IMG/VR virus record: IMGVR_UViG_3300033066_001625
Span: 1-64,000 of that record
Length of the DNA stretch: 64,000 bases
Source: a virus
Lineage: Duplodnaviria > Caudoviricetes
Strand: one strand, 5' to 3'
Shown here: positions 1-8,700 of the stretch, one piece after another
Numbering within the stretch: the stretch's first letter is position 1
How the letters are laid out: the number at the start of each line of letters is the position of its first letter
Notes under the pieces: generated by a model
The model's database searches: none
The model's input: only the letters and a program-made list of their open reading frames with translations
Told to the model about the DNA's origin: nothing
Program-made: the position numbers and the translations under genes

Positions 1-156
1 TATAGCACATTACTATCTCATTATTGGGAGAAGCTCAAAATGATTAAGGCGAGTCTACGCCCTGCTCCACGCGGTCTTGGCGTATTTGGAATGACTAGCG
101 GTATGAATCCGGCATTTAGACGTTTGAGACACTTGCGCGCAAGACAGATAATCTGA
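1..156 (+). CDS. 3' end of an upstream gene (partial; probably a virion head-completion/neck-region protein)
   Basis: Frame 1 is open from base 1 to TGA at 154-156 (YSTLLSHYWEKLKMIKASLRPAPRGLGVFG...RARQII*). It is not in the ORF track. The product guess rests only on context. Confidence 0.55.
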   Translation, partial: YSTLLSHYWEKLKMIKASLRPAPRGLGVFGMTSGMNPAFRRLRHLRARQII

Positions 157-194
157 ATGTCAAAACTCTCATATGCCTATTTTATCATAGTGAT

Positions 195-716
195 ATGCCT
201 GCCAAAGACAAAAAACTATCTTTAACACAAGTTAAAAAACTACCATATCAATCTTTGAATAGAATGATCAAAAAGCTAAGGGAATTCTTGAAGCAAGATG
301 ATACTACCAAAGATATGTTTAAAGAATATGGGGTAGAAATAGAAGAGATAGACTTCATACCTATGAAATTTGGTAACCTAGATGTATCAGCTAAAACTGA
401 TCATGGTGTTATCATTTTCAACTATAAATTATTGTGTGATGGTGATTTTTTCAAGGACTTCTCTTATGGAGTACATGAAATTACTCATTGGTTACAACAA
501 ACTACTGGAACTAAACCAACACAAAGTTCAGATGAAGGAAGCTATTTAGATAATCCTTTTGAACAAGAAGGTTTTCAAAACCAGGTTCAATATATTGCCG
601 ATAATTTTGGGGATCAAGAAGCGGAAGAATATGTTGACCAGCTATTAGACCACCATGAAATAGATGACAAAAAGGAAAAGAAAGACAAAAAAGAAACCTT
701 AATGGCAAAGGTATAA
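195..716 (+). CDS. Zincin-like metallopeptidase domain protein
   Basis: HExxH motif (GVHEITHWLQQ) followed by a YLDNPFEQEG third-ligand-type motif. Confidence 0.7.
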   Translation: MPAKDKKLSLTQVKKLPYQSLNRMIKKLREFLKQDDTTKDMFKEYGVEIEEIDFIPMKFGNLDVSAKTDHGVIIFNYKLLCDGDFFKDFSYGVHEITHWLQQTTGTKPTQSSDEGSYLDNPFEQEGFQNQVQYIADNFGDQEAEEYVDQLLDHHEIDDKKEKKDKKETLMAKV

Positions 717-954
717 ATTCCTGTTCCTTTATAGTCACCCTAAGCCTCATTCTCCATCCCAAAACATTCCTATCACTTTGGAGCAATCCTTAAAATGGCT
801 TATACTAAGGGAGGAAGACTTCAAAGAAGGTCGAGCATATGGCAACGGCTCCTGATCATATAATAATTACTTCCCCCAAATATATAGTCCCCAAGTTTTT
901 GTCGAGAGTCTTGGATATTGTAGAGTTTTGAGGCTAATAAATCTGAATAGAGAT

Positions 955-2535
955 ATGCCATATTACTTAAACCCCGTTAGAGCTGGATTAGATCATATTC
1001 ATAGTCTTGGAGATGGTTACACCATTAACATGAAATGGTTCCAAGCTTATCCAACATTAAAAACCAATCAAATAGCCTATCATCTTTATTATTCCACCAT
1101 TAAAGAAAATGTTTTCACAGAAGGTGTTAAATATATTTCTATAGATGGAACTTTAGAAGCTAACATCATTGATTTAGTTCCTGGTCAAGAATATTTTTTC
1201 AGTGTTAGACCAGTTGAATATGATCCATTAGCATTTGATTTGAATCAATTACCTGTGGCTTATGACAATTTAAGAGTGTATCCTTTTAGTATTTTAAGAC
1301 AGGATATCTCTGCAACTGATTTGATTATTCCACTGTTGGATGTAAGCGGTTTTTCTTCAAGCGGTGTAATTAGAGTGGGCGCAGAATTGATACAGTATTC
1401 CTCTGTAGATACTGTTAATATGAATTTGGTATTGACAGACTTATTACAAAGAGGTTATGGTAGTTCTGCCGCCAGATCACATACTACAGCCGGATTTGAT
1501 GGCATTACATTTTGGGATCCTACAGTTACTCAATTTACCATTGAAGAGTCTTCTCAATTTGATAGAATTTTTGTATGTCAATCTAGATTTGAATACCCTA
1601 ATTATCCATACACTTTGATTGACGGATATCATCAGGTAACCAAAGATTTATTATCTACTGATCTTAGTGCCTCTGATGCCGCTAACGTAGATTTTCCAAT
1701 GTACGACTATGCAGGATACCACAGAACTGATCCAGTTCTTTTACTTAATGGTACTTGTGTAGGAAGCTACATTGGTGGAGAAATGGGATGTATAGATGGT
1801 TATGGTAACTACAATATTTTGAGAGGTTTGAATTTGCAAGATCAAAACAATCAAAGACAAGAAATACAATTATCAGTTGATGGTCGTCCGGCTGTTTTAA
1901 TCAAGAGAGTTCAAACTGGTATCACCTGTTCTTGTTATTTAGCTAGCAGTGAATATCCTGATGATAGGTGTCCATTATGTTATGGTACCAAGTTTGTATT
2001 TGGATACGAACAGTATTTCAATCCAAGACAGTCAGATGGTAGAATTATGGTTCGACCATCTCCAACAGATGAACAAACAAAAATGTATGAAGCTGGAATG
2101 GAATCTGAATTCCCATTGAATTTGTGGACTTTAACGGTTCCAACTATTAAAACCAGAGATATCATAATTTTATTTGATATTGATGATAATGAAGAGTTTA
2201 GATACGAAGTTATTTCTGTAACTAGAAACAATACTATTTTGGGTCAACAAGGTGGTCAATTGTTTAGGGTTATGAGAATTAGAAAATTTGATCCAGCTTA
2301 TCAAATTAGAGTATTTAGAAACACATCAATGTTTCCATCCAAATTATCAACTACCGTCAGTTTTGTGCCAGGAATTCCGCCTCATGTGCATGAAATTGTG
2401 ATAAATGAAAAAGTAACTTCTGTTACTCAAATCAACCAAACAACTGCTGTCAATCAAGGTCATAATCATCCAATTATAGATGGAAAAGTTATGGAAGTAT
2501 TAGGTCATACTCATCAAATAATTCTTCCTCCTTAA
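955..2535 (+). CDS. Virion neck/head-completion-like protein with N-terminal FN3 domain, Cys zinc motif and His-rich C-terminus
   Basis: FN3 signature YHLYYS...DLVPGQEYFFSVRPV; CSC..CPLCYG motif; C-terminal PPHVH/GHNH/GHTH repeats. ATG 955 preferred over the TTG at 928. Confidence 0.55.
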   Translation: MPYYLNPVRAGLDHIHSLGDGYTINMKWFQAYPTLKTNQIAYHLYYSTIKENVFTEGVKYISIDGTLEANIIDLVPGQEYFFSVRPVEYDPLAFDLNQLPVAYDNLRVYPFSILRQDISATDLIIPLLDVSGFSSSGVIRVGAELIQYSSVDTVNMNLVLTDLLQRGYGSSAARSHTTAGFDGITFWDPTVTQFTIEESSQFDRIFVCQSRFEYPNYPYTLIDGYHQVTKDLLSTDLSASDAANVDFPMYDYAGYHRTDPVLLLNGTCVGSYIGGEMGCIDGYGNYNILRGLNLQDQNNQRQEIQLSVDGRPAVLIKRVQTGITCSCYLASSEYPDDRCPLCYGTKFVFGYEQYFNPRQSDGRIMVRPSPTDEQTKMYEAGMESEFPLNLWTLTVPTIKTRDIIILFDIDDNEEFRYEVISVTRNNTILGQQGGQLFRVMRIRKFDPAYQIRVFRNTSMFPSKLSTTVSFVPGIPPHVHEIVINEKVTSVTQINQTTAVNQGHNHPIIDGKVMEVLGHTHQIILPP

Positions 2536-2570
2536 GTTAATAAAACCATATATAAAACACAAGGAAACCC

Positions 2571-3896
2571 ATGACCACGCCATTAGCTCCAAATTACAAA
2601 AAAGATGTTGGCAGATTAGCTACTGATAGATTTGATTTTCAAAATCATGTTGATGGTACTAATTTTAGGCACAAAGCCGATCAAATAGATTTATCACCAC
2701 TAATAACTATTGAATCTGTAACAGTTTCAAATGTGCAAGAAGCTATCGAAAGATTAACCACCATTGTAACACCTCCAATTATTGAGGATGCCACTACTGT
2801 TAGCAAAGGTATAATTCAATTAAATGGAGATATTGCCGGAACTGCTACCAATGTATTAGTAACCAAAATACAGAGCAGACCAGTTAGTACATTGCCCCCA
2901 AGCAGCGGAGATGTTTTAACGTGGGACGGAATGTCTGCTTCTTGGATACCATCGCCTGCCGTTAATGCATTTAGTGCTGGTGGTGATTTAGCTGGCACTA
3001 ATGCGATACAAGAAGTAATTGGATTAACTGGAACTTCCGGATCCACTAGGGTATCTTCAAGCGGATTGACCTGGATCAATGGTATAACCCCTGTTATTTC
3101 TCAGTCAGTTACAGTATTAAATCACGGTTCAGACTTTACTGTCAGAGCACAAAGTACTTCAGGAGCTTCTAAAAATGGAGGAGATGTAGTTGTTACTGGT
3201 GGCAGTCCCGGCTCTGGTGGATTAAAAGGTGGCGTAACATTAGCTTTAGATTCTGCCGGCACTACTATGTTAGAAGCAACGGAAATAGCAACTAATCGTA
3301 GAGTATTGTCATTGTTACACAATGGACCATTAACAACTTTAGATATGCCTGCTAACACAGGTGATCTTGTAATGTATGTTAGAGATACTGTTACTCCTCC
3401 AACAATTGGAAATCCATTGAATGGAACAATTGTATATTCATCTGGCGGTCAACTATGGATAAAGCAAGCAGATGGAGATAATTTTTCAGTCGGATCTATT
3501 CCAAATCCTAGCATCTGGGGATCTACTGGACAACAAACTTACACATATCGTTCATATGTTACCTCTTCTGTTGGAGCTGCTGCTCTAGCATTCTCTTTTG
3601 CTATACCAGATAATACTTCAATTAAGGTTGATGTTATTTTTACTGGCAAAGCCACAAGCGCTGCTGATGGCGCTGAATTTAATCTAAGTATGGGTTACTT
3701 AAGAACAACTGGAAGCCCAATAGTCATGGGTACTGTAACTAATGCAGATCCTAGAACAACTGCCGGATCTGCTGCTGGATGGACGATTCCAGATATCACT
3801 ACATCTGGAAATAATTTGCAAGTATATACAGGTTATTCTGGAACCAATACTATTAACTGGTTAGTAATTATACAACTATCTATGTCACAAGGATAA
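2571..3896 (+). CDS. Virion structural protein (fibre/collar-like, Gly/Thr/Ser-rich)
   Basis: Repeated GD(I/L)AGT motifs and GDVLTWDG, typical of phage fibre proteins; structural context. Confidence 0.55.
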   Translation: MTTPLAPNYKKDVGRLATDRFDFQNHVDGTNFRHKADQIDLSPLITIESVTVSNVQEAIERLTTIVTPPIIEDATTVSKGIIQLNGDIAGTATNVLVTKIQSRPVSTLPPSSGDVLTWDGMSASWIPSPAVNAFSAGGDLAGTNAIQEVIGLTGTSGSTRVSSSGLTWINGITPVISQSVTVLNHGSDFTVRAQSTSGASKNGGDVVVTGGSPGSGGLKGGVTLALDSAGTTMLEATEIATNRRVLSLLHNGPLTTLDMPANTGDLVMYVRDTVTPPTIGNPLNGTIVYSSGGQLWIKQADGDNFSVGSIPNPSIWGSTGQQTYTYRSYVTSSVGAAALAFSFAIPDNTSIKVDVIFTGKATSAADGAEFNLSMGYLRTTGSPIVMGTVTNADPRTTAGSAAGWTIPDITTSGNNLQVYTGYSGTNTINWLVIIQLSMSQG

Positions 3897-3897
3897 C

Positions 3898-5229
3898 ATG
3901 CCATTAGGAAGAGGTTTAATGTATACTGGTAGATTGAATATTTACCGTACTACTACAACAATTACTAGTATATCTCCAACTTTGGCTAATTGTGGAGACA
4001 CTGTAACCTTCAATGTTACTGTAACAAATAATACTGGAGGAGGACCTACTCCTACAGGAACCGTATCAATTGTAAATACAGTAAGTGGAAATGTATTAGC
4101 TACCGGAACGTTAACGGCAGGTTCAGCAGCTATATCTACTACCCCTAGTGTGTCTTTAGGAAAATATGTAGCTATCTACAGTGGTGTTCATAATGCATTT
4201 GAAACAAGCACTAGTGCTATTTCAAATTACAATATAGGATTAACCACAACTACTACAACTGTTCTTACGGCAAACAATCTTTACTTCTGTTATGCTCAGC
4301 CAGTATTCATTTCGGCACATGTTGCAGCCGCTTCTGGACCATTTCCATCGGGATCAGTAAGATTTATACTGTACGGTGATGACATAAATTTTGTAGAACT
4401 ACCTTCGGCAACATTAAATGGTTCTGGTAATGCTACGAGCACAATTCCTTCTTTTACAACTACAGATGGATATGATTATTGGTTGCAAGCTGTATATGAT
4501 GGTTATGGGTGCTGGAACTCTAGTGAATCTCCCGGCGGCATGTTAGGAAAAACTTTGCATTCTATTTCTCATGATGTAACTAGTACAGTTGTTGGAATTT
4601 CAGGAAGTGATACTTTCTGTGCACATGATGATATTACTTTAATTTCTGGCACAACTTCAACATTATTAGTTAATCCATCAGTGGGATCAGTACATTTTGT
4701 AGCTACAAATAATGATGCGCCAATTACAATTGATTTAGGAATCTCTAGTATAATTAATGGAAGTTCTAGCATTTTTGTACCAGGTGATACATTTAGCGTG
4801 GGCTCTACATGGAGCATTACGGCGAACTATATTAGCGACGGATATTGTTATGCTAATAGTACATCATCAAATCTATTAGTACTAACCTCTACATTATGGG
4901 ATACCGCAACTGACATAACTGGTCCATCTAGTTATTGTTATACTGTAGGTGCTAATTTTACAGTAACAGTTTCTTCTATTGTAACTGGTACTATTAGTGG
5001 ACATTTGAAAGTTTCATTATTAAATGTTGCGGGTGCTGGTGTAGTAGTATATGATAATGATATTTCCGGACCAAATTCTGGTATTAATACAATTGTAACT
5101 ATTCCAGGATCTCTTGTAGGTGGTGGTGTAGCTTTAAGACATTTATCTGCGATATTTACTGCCGATGTTGCTGGTTGTTATGCTGATAGCACTTCTTCTG
5201 ATTTTAATGTTTCTGTTTTGGATTGTTAA
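3898..5229 (+). CDS. Tandem Ig-like (Big_3-type) repeat protein, probably a virion decoration/adhesin
   Basis: Four repeats beginning TTT(T/V)-x-x and ending in Y-x-G/D...S-x-S; the first (GDTVTFNVTV...PTGTVSI) is a typical bacterial Ig-like group 3 pattern. Confidence 0.7.
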   Translation: MPLGRGLMYTGRLNIYRTTTTITSISPTLANCGDTVTFNVTVTNNTGGGPTPTGTVSIVNTVSGNVLATGTLTAGSAAISTTPSVSLGKYVAIYSGVHNAFETSTSAISNYNIGLTTTTTTVLTANNLYFCYAQPVFISAHVAAASGPFPSGSVRFILYGDDINFVELPSATLNGSGNATSTIPSFTTTDGYDYWLQAVYDGYGCWNSSESPGGMLGKTLHSISHDVTSTVVGISGSDTFCAHDDITLISGTTSTLLVNPSVGSVHFVATNNDAPITIDLGISSIINGSSSIFVPGDTFSVGSTWSITANYISDGYCYANSTSSNLLVLTSTLWDTATDITGPSSYCYTVGANFTVTVSSIVTGTISGHLKVSLLNVAGAGVVVYDNDISGPNSGINTIVTIPGSLVGGGVALRHLSAIFTADVAGCYADSTSSDFNVSVLDC

Positions 5230-5277
5230 AATAGCTTGAATATATTAATTACTTTGCATACCCATAGGGAGAAATCT

Positions 5278-5697
5278 ATGGATAATATTTTGCAAATATT
5301 GATGAGTTGGCAGTTTATAATTTTCAGTTTAAGTATAGTGGCAGTAACGTCTGTATTGAGGACTGTGGTTGAGTATTTACTAGCTAATGTCAAAGTTATG
5401 GCTAAAGAATCTAAATTGTGGAATGATTTGGTATTACCGATCATGCCAGTAGTTTTAGGATCTGTTTCTGCTATTCTAATCAAAGGTTATCCTTATCCAG
5501 AAGGTATTTCTGCTGCTGGTGGCAGATTAGTTTTTGGTTTAGTAGCCGGTTTATTGTCAACTTTATTGTATAGAATAGTAAAAGCTTTTTTCAATCAAAA
5601 GTTGGCAGCATCTTTACCTCCAGGAACTGTTACTGTTGAAGATCCAATGGCAGATGCTTTAGTTAAACGTGTTAGTGAATCAATCAATAAAGAATAA
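5278..5697 (+). CDS. Holin-like membrane protein
   Basis: Three hydrophobic segments with a charged C-terminal tail, ~139 aa; GGGAG RBS before ATG 5278. Confidence 0.55.
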   Translation: MDNILQILMSWQFIIFSLSIVAVTSVLRTVVEYLLANVKVMAKESKLWNDLVLPIMPVVLGSVSAILIKGYPYPEGISAAGGRLVFGLVAGLLSTLLYRIVKAFFNQKLAASLPPGTVTVEDPMADALVKRVSESINKE

Positions 5698-5734
5698 GTT
5701 AAGTTATATATTCACTTAAATATACGGTGATAAA

Positions 5735-8700
5735 ATGAGTAGCAATTTCCCAAACGATTTTGATGATGATACAACTTTACCTCCAATTAATGATAACATT
5801 CAGGATTTGGGGGCTGAAGCAATTAATGCATTGCGCGATGCAGCATTTAATACGCAACAGTATTTAGGCTTAGGTGGCGCTGGTACAACTAGTTCTATTT
5901 CTGAAAGGTTAGGTATCTCATTAGAACCAGATGGTTCAATTAAGCCGTCTGCCATTGCAAGTTTGGGATTGGTTACTTTACCAATCACTAATGATCAAAT
6001 TTCTAATTCTGCTGAAATACCAGAATCTAAGTTGAAGCTTGATCACAGAACGCAAGATTTATTCAATTACATTCAAGACCTATCAAACGGTATTAACACT
6101 AGTTTGGGATGGATTTCTCTAACAGGAATCAAATTAGAACCACATCTTTTGGGAGCCATCTATAGACATGAATTGAATCAAATAGATGTAAATAGTGATC
6201 CGTCCAAATATCTATTCAATAGATTCAATGCTTTGAGAAACAATCATGATTCATACACATTAGTTAATGATATGAATAATGAATTGTTGTTCCATCAATT
6301 TTCAGATGGTAGCGGCAGTAGCTCACAATTGATTACGACTGTTGGAGGATCTACATATCCATCCAATTATGGTCACACTGCTAGTGGAATTTGGTTGAAC
6401 ACAAGTAGATTTTCAACCATCCCACAAACCGCCCAAGATTTGCAACAATTTGCTGATTTCGTAGATAGTTCTAGTATCTTTTTATTAGGAACTAGAATAC
6501 AAAATCTTTACACAAATGGTATTTCTAGATCATCCAGATCATCCAGTTTAATTACTGACGGATACGGCGCCCCTGTTATTCCAAACACCGCCGCTATCAC
6601 ATACTTATTGAATATCGGCTCCAGCAGTTTTCCTGTAGATGACATCAATGTAGGTGACGATATCATTGAATTGAAGCCTCTTGACAGCGAAGTTAGCTCT
6701 AATTCATTTGATGAAAAATTTGCTTTAGTTAAGATTGGCGATATCATCCGAGTTAATTATGGAACAGTAGAAGTTAGCTTCGTTATCAAAGAAAAGAAGT
6801 ATATACAAAATGGTGGCGTCAAGAAATTCGTAGTTAGAATAGCCGGTAAGAACTTATTCTATACTACAAATGCTTCTGTACGTATAGACAGACCACTATT
6901 CAACAATAACAAACACGGTGTATTGGCAATCGCTCCTGTTAACAATATATTCAATGAGATTCCAAGTTTGATTATTGGTAGCCCATATGGCGCCCAAGTT
7001 TTGGGTATTGGATTTAATCCAGATCAACTAAACGCTTCACATTATCTCCTATACTTGGCACTATATACAACTGGTCATCCACAAGATGGTTACACAGTTT
7101 TGCCAGCCATTGATGTTACTGGTAATCGTGGCAGAACTCCAGGTCTTTATACATTAGACTCTGTAGTAGAGGCAACTAATACAGCTTTTAGACAGGCTGG
7201 TTTCAATTACAGATTTATCGCCTTCTCTCATCAAGGTGAATTTGGAATTATGTTGGCAGATTCTTATAGAAATGCCGGCTTTTCTATAGTAAGCGCAGTT
7301 ATAGGCAGTGATGGTACTTATGATTCACTAGCCACTGGAGTTAGTTTTCCAAATAATGTAGTAGATGTATTTCCGGGAGCTGGAACATCAGCTATTGATC
7401 CGTTAGGATTTGGTGTTAATGGTGGAAATTGGGCAAGCCCATTGTATCAAACATCATATGAGTCAGCCGAAGCTGCTTTGGTTCCAACCAAGATATTCCT
7501 GCCATTGAAGAGAAACAACTTCTATATCAATGGTATTGAAAGAGACAAGCTAGCTCTAGATATTGATCAATTGGTTGATGGATATGGTGATGGTTACTGG
7601 AATGCCACTATACAAGCTATTAACGTATTCCCTGGACCTGCTCCAAATGGTAGGGTACAAGTTACATATCGTATACCGCTAGATTTGTCAACTTCTGGAT
7701 TAAAAGTTGGTAAAACTATTGTCGTACAATCGGCTGGACAAGGTAGTTTGGTAGATTTTGGTAGATTTATTATCCAAGATGTGACTTTCAATATTCCGGT
7801 TTGTCCAACGCCAACTCCAGATACGTATACAGACATTACTGTATTTGATGCAGTTCATGCTACTGGTGTATCTCCAACTGCTACGCTAGCTGTTGGTAAT
7901 GTAGTTGAAATTGGATTCAATGCCGGCTCTGTATCTTTTAACAAAGAAAGTTCCACAGATTTTAGCAACGTTGGTCCATTCAAGAGACATTTTGAAGTGT
8001 ATGTTGATCAAAATGGAAAATCATTTACCCATGAAAGAGCCAGAATAAACGCCAGTGGTGCCTCTTTTGATGTTAATGGTGTTCCTCTACGTACATTCTC
8101 TGAATTATCCAAGTTGAACATTATCAAAGTTAGTTCCAAATTAAGAGGATATCAATTTGGAACAGTTAACAAAATTACATTACACATAACAGATTTGAAT
8201 AATCTAACGGGCGTGTTCGTAGGAAACTTAGTCTCTTATGATGGTTTAACCTCCACCCACAATGGACCAACTACAACTGGAAAATTAGGTCAAGTTACTA
8301 GATTTTATGATGAAACAAACATAGATTATATTGATGTATTGTTTGAGAATAATACCTCTATTGCTGCGTTTGTTGATCAATATATTGATTTTCAATTGTT
8401 TCCAACGCTATCTCTAGATGAAGAGATTATGTTGATTGGAACATGTCAAGTAAATGATGTTACCAATACAGTTAACTATCTTCGTGATGAAAGACAGTTT
8501 GGAAATACCAGTGAAAAAGACCTTAGTACTTCAGCGCTTGGCTTCATCTCTTTGCCTGAAAAACTATTGCATTCCAATGGTGTTCTACGTGGATTTGATT
8601 TACAAGATCCGGGAACCCTAACAAATCCAAATGGCAATCAGATTTATTTGAATGGTGGTTTGGTATTGGTAAATGGAAAATTGATTTCCGTTAATAACGA

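Noticed and set aside
795-863. 22-codon ORF MAYTKGGRLQRRSSIWQRLLII
   Set aside because: It has no RBS, is not coupled to a neighbour and is short enough to arise by chance.
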